Shown here one piece after another: positions 9,525-19,060 of a stretch of DNA of 64,000 bases (its first letter is position 1; every line of letters starts with the position of its first letter). The stretch comes from an uncultured bacterium (GTDB lineage: Bacteria > Babelota > Babeliae > Babelales > Vermiphilaceae), in contig OY969901.1 of the NCBI GenBank assembly GCA_963704465.1, forward strand, positions 1,053,331 to 1,117,330, read 5' to 3'. Below the pieces are notes generated by a model. The model worked only from the letters and a program-made list of their open reading frames with translations. It ran no database searches and was not told the DNA's origin. A program made the translations under genes and the position numbers.

Positions 9525-10079
9525 TTAAATATCTTGATTAATGCTCGTTCTTAATGGCTGCGTAGAATTTAATGATTTCAGGGCTGCTCTATTTTTATTT
9601 TTATCAAAGTCGATCCATCCGTTTGCGCTTTTATCCAAACTCCCAATGCGATACACCGTATCATTTAGTTCATACAATGAGTAGTGCTTTTTGATACTTC
9701 CATATACCTCTGTATCAGAAGGTGCATAGGCAATACGATTCGTAGCATCAAATATTAACGTTGATTGCTTAAATAATGGCTCTTTTGCAATACGCTCATC
9801 TTCTGTATCGCGCTCGCCATCTTTTACCGGAAAACCGATATAATAACCAATAAAAGCATTACGGGGCAATCCAAGCTTTTTTTCTAGCGATGGATAAAAC
9901 AATTCATTCCATACAAGATATCCAATAATCGATGCGGAAACGCCTAACATACAGCCACCAACAATAAGCAAACCATCTCTCAACGAGCCATTAACGTTAT
10001 ACATGGCATGAGTTGTGTGAAAACCAAACATCACTGCAATAATAAGAAAAAACTTTTTTGCGCTATATAGAGAAAGCAT
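9525..10079 (-). CDS. Hypothetical membrane protein
   Basis: The track ORF begins at a TTG. I prefer the ATG at 10079 (MLSLYSAKKFFLIIAVMFGF...). A second hydrophobic segment is GLLIVGGCMLGVSASIIGYLVW. Confidence 0.5.
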   Translation of the reverse strand: MLSLYSAKKFFLIIAVMFGFHTTHAMYNVNGSLRDGLLIVGGCMLGVSASIIGYLVWNELFYPSLEKKLGLPRNAFIGYYIGFPVKDGERDTEDERIAKEPLFKQSTLIFDATNRIAYAPSDTEVYGSIKKHYSLYELNDTVYRIGSLDKSANGWIDFDKNKNRAALKSLNSTQPLRTSINQDI

Positions 10080-10212
10080 ATTAAACACCAAAAATTTAAA
10101 GAGGGTGGGCGATAAAATCGCCCCGTGTTTGATTATTGATTTACTTTTCACTTTGCAACTCAACCGCAATTAAAAACAAGCTGTGTTTCGGTAAAAATAC
10201 TATTTTTAGACC

Positions 10213-10569
10213 TTAAAAAGGCATTATTGCGCTGTCATTCTTTTCACGAAAAGCTAAATCAGCCATGTTAGTGGCATGAGCAATCATACTTTTTTTTACG
10301 TTTTCATCTAAATTTTCAAAATACTTAACATGACGCCGGCAAGAAATACCATGTTCGAAATCCGAAAGCAACAGTACAGGTTCACCTTTTTGCTGATATC
10401 CTTGTGCATAACAGGCTTTTAGCACATCTCTTGCCTTTGTGGTATCATCCACCGGTATGCTATATGTTTTATTTCCTATTATGGCGTACCTAACATGCAA
10501 TGTATTTAAATCCATACCGCATGCTGCAGTAGCTGCCATAATGCTTAGTGCACATAATTTCTTAAACAT
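10213..10569 (-). CDS. Small secreted protein with possible ubiquitin-like (beta-grasp) core; paralog of 11901..12284
   Basis: AAGGA SD-like sequence upstream. Leader MFKKLCALSIMAATAACGMD. The core LHVRYAIIGNKTYSIPVDDTTKARDVLKACYAQGY parallels ubiquitin [34 protein letters not shown] (my by-eye alignment). Confidence 0.6.
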   Translation of the reverse strand: MFKKLCALSIMAATAACGMDLNTLHVRYAIIGNKTYSIPVDDTTKARDVLKACYAQGYQQKGEPVLLLSDFEHGISCRRHVKYFENLDENVKKSMIAHATNMADLAFREKNDSAIMPF

Positions 10570-10716
10570 AATCTATCCTTACAAAAGTTGCGTACCATTG
10601 AGTACTGGTTTATCGGGAATGCATAATACTACTGCTCTTTCATTGCATATAAAACTTGTTGTGAGCACCTCCGAAATAAAAGGACCTATTTTTTTTGTTG
10701 AAAAAGTTCAATCCCA

Positions 10717-11814
10717 TTATTCATCAGAAGATATCGTTGAGGTATCTTCATCATCGTTTTCAGCAATAAAAGATGGCGCACGAACAGACCGCGAGACTCT
10801 TTTGTGCACATGTATCTCTGGACCAAAAATAGTAAATAATGCCTTTATACTGAATGGCAAAGTATCAAATACCTTTTTTTCGAAATGATCCATATCAACA
10901 ACTGCTTTGCGTTTTTGCACCGCATCTATCAAAAATTGTAATCTTTTTATCTGTAAAATATTGAAGTTATTATTCACAATTTTTGCATACACTTCTTTCG
11001 AATATGGCATTAATGCATATACCGAGGTATCTGTTTTAACTGCAATACCACATTTATATGGAGCAACACTCAGTACATTGATCGGTGTATCTTGGGTTCC
11101 TATTAAAAAATCCTTAATCTTTGATTCAACACCATCTTTGTCAATCAAAAAGAGAGAAAATCCTCCGCTATACTGCGCAATGATTGTGTTTGTTATCGGA
11201 CCGTTCACTATTGCGATAGGCATCTTTTTAGTTGAACCTATAGTGAGAATCTCCCCCGTTAAAAAATTCCATACACTTATTGTATTGTTTTGTTGTCCAA
11301 CAATAACCTGAGAATTATTAACAGCACTTTCCAAATACTGACATATTCTGATAGGGCTACCATATAATGAACTTTCTATTTTGGGTACCAGCATAGTATA
11401 GGGAAAGTCATGCTGACCCACGTTTCGAGCCTTCATCAATGCGCCATGTGCAAATCCTGCAAGAATTTCACCATCACCACATTCCACCGCGTAGATACAT
11501 TCCCCACAAAAACCGAACAATTCTCTATATACATTTGCTTTGTTTTCCGTTTTTTTATCAAAACAAATATTATTCGGTAGCGGAACCTGGCATATATCAT
11601 CAGACTTAGAATTAACCTCTAAAAGAGATGCCGAAAAGAAACCATGAACCTTATTTGGTTCAAGAAAATATTCAGCAATTACACCCTTTTTATTAAGATG
11701 CATTGGAAGAAGATCTGTTTGAAACATTATGAGTGATACGCACAGTACATAGAACGTATGTTGAATATTGCAAGTAACCATAGATGCATCTTTCTTTACA
11801 TTGATTTTTAGCAT
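10717..11814 (-). CDS. Hypothetical protein, probably beta-propeller-like, with acidic C-terminal tail
   Basis: 365-aa ORF with an uncertain start. It has repeated strand-like segments, its C-terminal helical segment is similar to 8319..9380, and the tail is ENDDEDTSTISSDE. Confidence 0.6.
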   Translation of the reverse strand: MLKINVKKDASMVTCNIQHTFYVLCVSLIMFQTDLLPMHLNKKGVIAEYFLEPNKVHGFFSASLLEVNSKSDDICQVPLPNNICFDKKTENKANVYRELFGFCGECIYAVECGDGEILAGFAHGALMKARNVGQHDFPYTMLVPKIESSLYGSPIRICQYLESAVNNSQVIVGQQNNTISVWNFLTGEILTIGSTKKMPIAIVNGPITNTIIAQYSGGFSLFLIDKDGVESKIKDFLIGTQDTPINVLSVAPYKCGIAVKTDTSVYALMPYSKEVYAKIVNNNFNILQIKRLQFLIDAVQKRKAVVDMDHFEKKVFDTLPFSIKALFTIFGPEIHVHKRVSRSVRAPSFIAENDDEDTSTISSDE

Positions 11815-11900
11815 GAAATGATACCGCTAAAACAATGTTTGTCAATTTCTTGCGCTCTTTTCATTACGCAACGTTCTACTTGTAGAGCCGATCACCGTGC

Positions 11901-12284
11901 TTAATCTTCAAAAAAAACCTTGGTTGGGTGTCTGTCTATCCACACAGACTGTGTATTATGTGTTTGCATAGCATCTTTTACGTAGATGCCCGTAAATTGT
12001 GTAGTTGAGTATCCCCAATAGCCAAACCGAAACCATCCATTATACAAAGGGTTCAGGGAATAAGATGTTTCATCTGATACTACGCCATCGTCTTTTAGAT
12101 AGTTCTTCACATCGTACACAGAGGTATCGTCCTTAACCGGCACCTTTGCATAGAGCGTGCCTTTTTTACTGTATACATGCAACACCGAAGCATTTTTAAC
12201 CCAATGAGGACGCTCTTTGTGTGTATCCATGCCACACAATCCTACAACCATGATGCTCATTACAAAAGCTATGATATGTTTCAT
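11901..12284 (-). CDS. Small secreted protein with possible ubiquitin-like (beta-grasp) core; paralog of 10213..10569
   Basis: AAGGAG SD upstream. Leader MKHIIAFVMSIMVVGLCGMD. Core LHVYSKKGTLYAKVPVKDDTSVYDVKNYLKDDGV. Confidence 0.6.
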   Translation of the reverse strand: MKHIIAFVMSIMVVGLCGMDTHKERPHWVKNASVLHVYSKKGTLYAKVPVKDDTSVYDVKNYLKDDGVVSDETSYSLNPLYNGWFRFGYWGYSTTQFTGIYVKDAMQTHNTQSVWIDRHPTKVFFED

Positions 12285-12307
12285 TACAGGACTCCTTTTT
12301 TATCCTA

Positions 12308-12736
12308 TTACTTCGTCAAATGAGCATGCGCACGTGCGAGTAAATGTTGCGCAGAATCAAACGTTACGCGTGAAATCGCTTCGTGAAATGGCAGCCATAC
12401 AAAGGCATCATGCTCATGGGATAGCGTAACTTTTTCTTGCTCAGTGGATGCAAGGAAGAATACTACCTGCTTTTGAATCAAACCACCACGATAATCACCA
12501 TATTTGTAGATTACTTTTTCATAAAAATCTTCATCAAGCTTTATCATATTAACGCCGGTTTCTTCATTAAGCTCACGCAATGCTGCTTGCAATTCTGTTT
12601 CATTCTGCTCAAGCTTACCCTTTGGCAAATCCCAATGACCGCCCGGATGGCGTATTAAAAGATATTTAAGCCCCTCTGGTGTATATCGATATACGATAAC
12701 CCCCGCTGAAAAAATCTGTTTTGTTACCATGTTCAA
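12308..12736 (-). CDS. Nudix hydrolase (Ap4A-hydrolase-like)
   Basis: Complete Nudix box GKLEQNETELQAALRELNEETGV (G-x5-E-x7-REUxEExGU). It starts 4 nt after the murJ stop. Confidence 0.85.
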   Translation of the reverse strand: MNMVTKQIFSAGVIVYRYTPEGLKYLLIRHPGGHWDLPKGKLEQNETELQAALRELNEETGVNMIKLDEDFYEKVIYKYGDYRGGLIQKQVVFFLASTEQEKVTLSHEHDAFVWLPFHEAISRVTFDSAQHLLARAHAHLTK

Positions 12737-12739
12737 ATC

Positions 12740-14305
12740 TCACTGCAAAAAATAAAGTTTTTGTTTCATCCACGATCGATAATACCACAAGAGGCCAAGA
12801 TATACACAGGCAAGTGTCCCAGCCCACAGCCAATAACCAAGGCTGTGCATAAGAAACCAACCAATAAAGCCGCTGGTATACTGCGCAATACCATATTCAC
12901 TGATGGTATACAGTATGAAAAATGGTATAAAGAAAAGAAACACTTGCATAGTATACGTCACAAAAAACTGTGCAAATACGGTTCCATAGACTCTTTTTTT
13001 ATAGCCATAATGAAGCACCAGCAATAACAACACCGTTTGTATCATCGTGCTTAACACCGTAGCAAACGCTAACCCCATTGCCTGCCACGATCCAATCAAA
13101 AGCCAATTCAGCGCAACGTTCATAACGGCCGTAAATGATGCAATTAAGGCCGGCACCCAGGTAACGTGTGATGCATAATACACATTCAAAATAACTTTAT
13201 TAAATGAAAAGAAGAAAAGCCCGATGCTAAATGCACGTAAAATTGCCGTTGCATCATGAACCTGCTCAATACTAAACTTACCACCCGATAAAAAAATAGT
13301 TTCAAACAATGGGCGTGCAAAAAAACATAACAGTAAAGTCACGGGTAAGGATATCCAAAAGACAAGCTTTGCCCCTTCGAGCAAATAGAAGGATAATCGC
13401 CGTGGCGCAACACGCGCTACACGAGACATGTGAGGTAAAAGCACCGTTGCAAATGCAACGGCAAACACACCGAGCGGAATACCAACCATGCGATTTGCTA
13501 AATACAATAGAGCGATTGAACCCGGCTTCAGGCATGATGCAAAACTCGTATCAATAAAAGAACTCAACTCCATTAATGAAATGCTCGGCAAGCACAGCAA
13601 AAAACGCCCCAACACCGTACGCACTGTTTTAAAATCAGCTTTGGTGCACCACGCGAAGCCAAACCCTGCATGCATATAGGCGAGTAAATGCAACACGCAT
13701 TGCAGTATGCCGCCAAGCAAAATACCCCAACACAATACGGAAACGGGTAGTTTAAAACCAAGGCAGAGAAACAAGGTACCAATGATCACCATATTTAAAA
13801 ATACGGGAGCGAGCGCAGGCACTAAAAATCTATTATCTGATTGCAAGGCGCTGGCAAACAGTGCACTCATGGAGACCGATAAAATAAACGGCATTACAAT
13901 TCGGAGCATAGAGGCAGCCTGCTGCACCGTTTCTGGATTAAACCCTGGTGCAATAAGCCGTATAATCGGCTCAGCCCATACAACCCCAACAACACAGAGC
14001 AACAATACGCATAATTCAAACACTATAAAAAAGAGCACCATCAAACCATTAATAGATGATTTACCCTGCTCATGCACACGGCTTGTCAGCACCGGAACGA
14101 CCGCAGCAGAAAGCGCACCTTCTGCAAACGCTTTGCGCAACGTATTGGGAATTTTATAGGCAGTCAAAAATGCATCGGCTAAAGAGGTTGCACCCAAATA
14201 TCTGATCGTTAATGCTTCGCGCATAATACCAAATAAACGGCTGAGCATAGTACTTGCACTGATAAGCGCTGTTTTTTTTAAAAGTTGTTTTTTTACCATA
14301 GGCAT
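12740..14305 (-). CDS. murJ: Lipid II flippase MurJ (MviN family)
   Basis: Polytopic membrane protein with the typical N-terminus ...SASTMLSRLFGIMREALTIRYLGATSLADAFLTAYKIPNTLRKAFAEGALSAAVVPVL. I trimmed the start to MPMVKK. Confidence 0.9.
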   Translation of the reverse strand: MPMVKKQLLKKTALISASTMLSRLFGIMREALTIRYLGATSLADAFLTAYKIPNTLRKAFAEGALSAAVVPVLTSRVHEQGKSSINGLMVLFFIVFELCVLLLCVVGVVWAEPIIRLIAPGFNPETVQQAASMLRIVMPFILSVSMSALFASALQSDNRFLVPALAPVFLNMVIIGTLFLCLGFKLPVSVLCWGILLGGILQCVLHLLAYMHAGFGFAWCTKADFKTVRTVLGRFLLCLPSISLMELSSFIDTSFASCLKPGSIALLYLANRMVGIPLGVFAVAFATVLLPHMSRVARVAPRRLSFYLLEGAKLVFWISLPVTLLLCFFARPLFETIFLSGGKFSIEQVHDATAILRAFSIGLFFFSFNKVILNVYYASHVTWVPALIASFTAVMNVALNWLLIGSWQAMGLAFATVLSTMIQTVLLLLVLHYGYKKRVYGTVFAQFFVTYTMQVFLFFIPFFILYTISEYGIAQYTSGFIGWFLMHSLGYWLWAGTLACVYLGLLWYYRSWMKQKLYFLQ

Positions 14306-14414
14306 ATTCTTTTTTTTGCGGGGATAAGAGGATGTAGTATACCATAGCATCAAAAAACTATCTTTATCTTTTTTATGTCCGTTACCATTAAAGAGAAAAA
14401 TAAAGGGGGTTTTT

Positions 14415-15722
14415 ATGAATCATGTAAGCGTATGTATCCAACTCTTTCTATCTTTTTATTTTTATTGCATTAATGGAAGCGATATGCCTCACCCCCATAT
14501 GTCACCTCGCTATGCCTTACTATCACCACGTGATAATACCATTAACACAATCGTACAAGAAGAATACATACCACTTTCATTTCTTACCCAGCTTATTGGT
14601 TATCGCAAAGCTCATACGTTATCAAAAATTTCTATTTCAGAAACAGCATATGAACTTTTTAAAAAATTATATCTGTGCCCCAAACAAATTCAAAATCATG
14701 TTCTCAATTTTATTGATTTTCGCAACAATACGACATTGCAAAAAATATATGCCCAGCAATATATAAAAAAAGAAATTGCTGTACAAGCTGATCCCCATTC
14801 TTTACCCATCGTTGCCATGCTTGATGATAACAATATTGTTGTCAGTAGTGTTTCCGAACCAATACAAATCTGGTCTTGCGATGAAAATAAAGTCATTTTT
14901 AAAAGCAACTACTTCTCAAAACGCCCCATGTGTTTTATACCACCATCACTCGTAGTAAGCGCAAGTCCCCGGGGAAATCTTAATATTGCAAAAAAAGAAA
15001 TAAATTCTAACACCTGGCTTGATCATAAAGTAATTCTCACCCAAGCACACTATGCTGCTCATGTTGAACTACTGTTCACACACAATGAATACGCTGTGGC
15101 TGGTTCTGTTTATGGCGATATTGATGTATATGATCTTGATAAAACTGCAATTATTATGCATAAAATGCATGGCCATGAAAACTCAATCTTTTGTGGCACC
15201 CAGCTATCACCGCATCTTTTTGCTACCGGTAGTAGCGATGAACATATACACGCATGGGATCTACGTAAAAAAGATACTGCGTTTTCTGTTTCTGACTTAG
15301 ATGCGGTGCCATTCAGCATAAAAATGTTCGATGATCACTCACTGCTTATCGGGTGTAGCCAGCAACCTGCTCTCAGAATGGTCGATCTCCGAAATACAGC
15401 AGCTTCCATTCCTATAAACATAGACGCATCTACCGTTTTTGACCTTGCAGTATTAGAAGATAAAACACTTGTTATATGCTCCAATGTAGTTGAGTTTTTT
15501 CATAAAAAATATGATTCTACCACCATTGAAAAGCTTCACGCTGTTCCAAACACCGAAAAAGTACTCAACATATCCTCATCGCACAATGGCTATATTGCCA
15601 TGGTAGACACCAAAAGCGCTATCTCTGTATTATTACCAATTACACAACCACTCTGCGCACGAGAACACTTAACCAGTGAAACTCTTATTGGAATTGCCCT
15701 TGATACAGAATCTACTGAATAG
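14415..15722 (+). CDS. WD40-repeat protein
   Basis: AAGGGGG SD-like sequence upstream. Canonical WD repeat HGHENSIFCGTQLSPHLFATGSSDEHIHAWDLR, plus further degenerate blades. Confidence 0.8.
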   Translation: MNHVSVCIQLFLSFYFYCINGSDMPHPHMSPRYALLSPRDNTINTIVQEEYIPLSFLTQLIGYRKAHTLSKISISETAYELFKKLYLCPKQIQNHVLNFIDFRNNTTLQKIYAQQYIKKEIAVQADPHSLPIVAMLDDNNIVVSSVSEPIQIWSCDENKVIFKSNYFSKRPMCFIPPSLVVSASPRGNLNIAKKEINSNTWLDHKVILTQAHYAAHVELLFTHNEYAVAGSVYGDIDVYDLDKTAIIMHKMHGHENSIFCGTQLSPHLFATGSSDEHIHAWDLRKKDTAFSVSDLDAVPFSIKMFDDHSLLIGCSQQPALRMVDLRNTAASIPINIDASTVFDLAVLEDKTLVICSNVVEFFHKKYDSTTIEKLHAVPNTEKVLNISSSHNGYIAMVDTKSAISVLLPITQPLCAREHLTSETLIGIALDTESTE

Positions 15723-16395
15723 TGTGTAAAAGCCCATCGCGCAATGAGAAGCGTGTTTTCATGGCATCAGCAACAACGGTATCATGAGTGGATACGATTA
15801 GTCCCATACCCCAGGTTTGCACGCCATACTGCATGAGCTCTATGATCGTTGTACGATTGCCGGCATCAAGCCCTGCCGTTGGTTCATCGGCAAGCAAGAA
15901 TGTGGGTTTGTTATGCAGCGCTCGTGCAAGGCATACCCGTTGTTGCTGGCCACCGGAAAGCACACCCGGTTTTGCATCGGCATAGGCAGTCAGACCAACC
16001 ACTGCCAATAACTCTTGTGCACGTACGCGAACCTCTGCGGCCGACACACCCGCCACCATACCCGGTAACATAATGTTCTCAATCACCGAAAGTTCTTTAA
16101 TCAGATAAGGCTTTTGAAATAATACCCCGATGGAACGTTGCAGATACTGCTCTTTGCTCTGCGCCTCGAAAAGCTCAATCGGTTTATGATTAAAAAAAAC
16201 ATATCCTTTTGAAGGCAGTTCAAAACCGGCAAGCATGTGCAAGAAGGTTGATTTTCCTGAACCCGATATCCCGGTAATAGCGTAAGAACCGCCACCCTGG
16301 AACGTTGCATTGATACCGCGCAGCACCTGCACCGTTGCCGCATCTGCTACAAACTCTTTATGAATGTTCACCACTGAAAGTATATTCTTCTGCAT
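15712..16395 (-). CDS. ABC transporter ATP-binding protein, LolD/MacB type
   Basis: Walker [10 protein letters not shown], signature [15 protein letters not shown], Walker [13 protein letters not shown] and H-loop STHD. The track ORF begins at a TTG, so I trimmed the start to the first ATG. Confidence 0.85.
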   Translation of the reverse strand: MQKNILSVVNIHKEFVADAATVQVLRGINATFQGGGSYAITGISGSGKSTFLHMLAGFELPSKGYVFFNHKPIELFEAQSKEQYLQRSIGVLFQKPYLIKELSVIENIMLPGMVAGVSAAEVRVRAQELLAVVGLTAYADAKPGVLSGGQQQRVCLARALHNKPTFLLADEPTAGLDAGNRTTIIELMQYGVQTWGMGLIVSTHDTVVADAMKTRFSLRDGLLHTIQ

Positions 16396-16585
16396 ACCAA
16401 TACTCGCCAAAGTTAGAGTTTTTAATTACTACCATACACCATAATGCTTTTGGGATTGAGATAATTTGCAGGATATTTGGCTAAAGATTGTTTCTGATAG
16501 GCAACTTCTCATACAATAGAACGAGAATATGCGCATCTCAGGTGTTACGTGTGCATAAATTGGTATTTCATAGGGGGGTGAACCA

Positions 16586-18955
16586 ATGAAGACAGCACTT
16601 GATCTGATTTCAAACGGATCTTTGCCAAAAGTATTACCTGTTATTCCAACAGTTGATGTTGTGGTGTTTCCAAATATCATTGTACCACTCTTGGTGCTCG
16701 ACGAAAAAATTATCAACGGTATCACCCAGTCACTTGATCAAAGCAAGATGGCTATTTTGCTTGCTGCAAAAAACACACTGGATACCAATGGCGCTATCGG
16801 CACTGACGATCTGTATAATGTAGGTACCGTCGCTTCTATCATGCGTATTATAAAAATACCTGAAGGAGGACTTAAGATTTTAGTGCAAGGGGTCTGTAAA
16901 GCACGGGCCACGAGCATTAATACCCACAACGAAACATTACTGGCCGACGTTGAACCGATGGAGCAACAACAGGCAAATCCACTTGAGCTCCACGACGTTA
17001 TAAACTCCATTAAATCGATCGCTGATTCAATGGCTGCAAACGGTACATCATTTAGTCCAGATTTTCATATTATACTCGGCAAAATGCAGGAACCAGATAA
17101 AATCGCTGATTTTATCCTTTCACACCTTACCCTTGATGTACACGATGCTCAAGCATTACTTGAAATAGCATCTCAAAAAGAGTTCTTAGAACGGCTCGCA
17201 GGCCACCTGCGCCATGAAATTGATACATCGGAAATTCAAGAACGAATTCGTACAAGCGCCCGTGAATCAATGAACGAAGCACAAAAAGAATATTATCTTC
17301 GTGAGCAACTCAAAGCAATTAAAAAAGAGCTTGGTGATGATGACACAGAAGAAATAGAGCAAATGCGCATCAAGATTAAAACACTACCGGTTGCAGAAAG
17401 CACCAAAAAAGAGATTGTTCGCCAGATTAATCGCCTTGAAAAAACATCACCCGAATCATTAGAAGCAACGGTCACCCGCAACTATTTGGAATGGGTCTTC
17501 AGCTTACCATGGGGCGTCTATTCGCCAGAAACAATTGATCTGAATGTTGCACAAGAAATTCTCGATCAAGATCATTATGGCCTTGAGAAAATTAAAGACC
17601 GCATTTTAGACTTTATCTCAATCCGCAAACTAAAAAAAGATGGCTATGCACCAATCATTTGTTTTGTTGGACCACCTGGCACGGGTAAAACATCACTCGG
17701 CAAATCGATCGCGCGCAGCTTAGGGCGCACGTATGTTCGCATATCGCTCGGCGGTGTGAAAGATGAAGCAGAAATACGTGGCCATCGCCGCACCTACGTT
17801 GGTGCAATGCCCGGCAGATTTATACAAGCAATTCGCAAAGCAGGAACCTGTAATCCACTGATTGTAATTGATGAGCTTGATAAAATTGGATCAGATTTTC
17901 GCGGTGATCCTTCAGCAGCAATGCTTGAGGTGCTTGATCCACAACAAAATCACACCTTCTACGATAACTACATGGGCATTCCGTTCGATCTTTCACAGGT
18001 TATTTTTATTGCAACCGCAAATGATTTGGGCACTATTTCTGGCCCATTGCGGGATCGTATGGAAGTAATTGAAGTAAACGGCTACACACTTGAAGAAAAA
18101 TGCGCAATCGCAAGCAAATACCTGATACCAAAAGCAATTGCGGACACTGGCCTGCAAGATGATAAACGCATTCAGTTTAGCGATGAGCTCATTGAAGATC
18201 TTATTGCAAACTATACCCGCGAATCAGGGGTGCGTCAGCTTGATAGATTGGTACATACCGTTTGTGCAAAAATTGCACGCGCAATTGTGGAAACAGGCTC
18301 ATGCCCCGCTATTTCACGTGAAAATATAGAATCGATTATCGGCCCACGTGAGTTTATTCAAGAAACCACTGATCATACCAACCAGATTGGCATTTCAAAT
18401 GGCCTTGCATGGACATCCTGCGGTGGAGAACTGCTGAAAATTGAAGCGGTGCTCATGCCCGGCAAAGGCAAGCTTATGTTGACTGGCCAACTTGGTGACA
18501 TTATGAAAGAATCGGCACAAGCAGCACTCAGTTACGCCCGTGCTCATGCAAAAGATTTTAACATCAACCCAACCATATTCACTGCCACCGATTTGCATAT
18601 TCATATCCCTGCAGGGGCAGTGCCAAAAGACGGTCCATCGGCAGGTATCACACTGCTGACTGCAATACTTTCTGCACTCACCAATCGCCCAATCAATGCA
18701 CGCTATGCAATGACCGGCGAGCTCAACCTACGCGGCGAAGTGCTTCCTATTGGTGGCGTAAAAGAGAAAATACTTGCTGCAAAACGCAATAAAATGACCC
18801 ACATTATTCTGCCAATCAAGAATAAAAAAGATATCATGGGGCTTGAAGATGCACTTAGTGGCATCGATCTCGTGTTTGTAAACCATGCAGATGAAGTGCT
18901 TGATAGAGTGTTGTTGCCAAATGGAGCAAAAAAGTTGAGTAAGAGGATAGCATAA
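16586..18955 (+). CDS. lon: ATP-dependent Lon protease
   Basis: 789 aa. LON N-domain, AAA+ Walker A GPPGTGKTS, Walker B VIDELDK, and protease Ser motif PKDGPSAGITLLTAILSAL. Confidence 0.97.
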   Translation: MKTALDLISNGSLPKVLPVIPTVDVVVFPNIIVPLLVLDEKIINGITQSLDQSKMAILLAAKNTLDTNGAIGTDDLYNVGTVASIMRIIKIPEGGLKILVQGVCKARATSINTHNETLLADVEPMEQQQANPLELHDVINSIKSIADSMAANGTSFSPDFHIILGKMQEPDKIADFILSHLTLDVHDAQALLEIASQKEFLERLAGHLRHEIDTSEIQERIRTSARESMNEAQKEYYLREQLKAIKKELGDDDTEEIEQMRIKIKTLPVAESTKKEIVRQINRLEKTSPESLEATVTRNYLEWVFSLPWGVYSPETIDLNVAQEILDQDHYGLEKIKDRILDFISIRKLKKDGYAPIICFVGPPGTGKTSLGKSIARSLGRTYVRISLGGVKDEAEIRGHRRTYVGAMPGRFIQAIRKAGTCNPLIVIDELDKIGSDFRGDPSAAMLEVLDPQQNHTFYDNYMGIPFDLSQVIFIATANDLGTISGPLRDRMEVIEVNGYTLEEKCAIASKYLIPKAIADTGLQDDKRIQFSDELIEDLIANYTRESGVRQLDRLVHTVCAKIARAIVETGSCPAISRENIESIIGPREFIQETTDHTNQIGISNGLAWTSCGGELLKIEAVLMPGKGKLMLTGQLGDIMKESAQAALSYARAHAKDFNINPTIFTATDLHIHIPAGAVPKDGPSAGITLLTAILSALTNRPINARYAMTGELNLRGEVLPIGGVKEKILAAKRNKMTHIILPIKNKKDIMGLEDALSGIDLVFVNHADEVLDRVLLPNGAKKLSKRIA

Positions 18956-19060
18956 AAAGGGGGGAGGGAAACCTCTCTCGTTTTGCTTTGCATTGAGATC
19001 CTCGCTTAATAGCTTACGTTTATTTTTTTTATGTTAGTTAATATCAATTGGCTTTTCTTT

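Noticed and set aside
12308-12736. The Nudix (Ap4A-hydrolase-like) enzyme and the HIT protein (51978..52469) as a linked dinucleoside-polyphosphate system.
   Set aside because: The genes are 39 kb apart and both families are common housekeeping enzymes. There is no evidence of functional linkage.
14560-14700. Possible F-box at the N-terminus of the WD40 protein (IPLSFLTQLIGY...LSKISISETAYELF), which would give a classic F-box/WD40 architecture.
   Set aside because: It lacks the conserved LPxE start and the Trp of the third helix, so the by-eye match is too weak to claim.
15712-15722. An 11-nt convergent overlap of the WD40 gene and the ABC ATPase gene 3' ends.
   Set aside because: Short convergent overlaps are common in compact genomes, and nothing suggests a regulatory role.
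16738-18993. Antisense or alternative-frame ORFs inside lon. Similar ORFs lie inside murJ (12761-14345), rpsA (42934-44232), lnt (40423-41745, including a 203-aa ORF at 41122..41733), the ABC-F gene, glyA and tyrS.
   Set aside because: They are fully embedded in genes with strong motif support on the other strand or frame, and they lack SDs and recognisable motifs.
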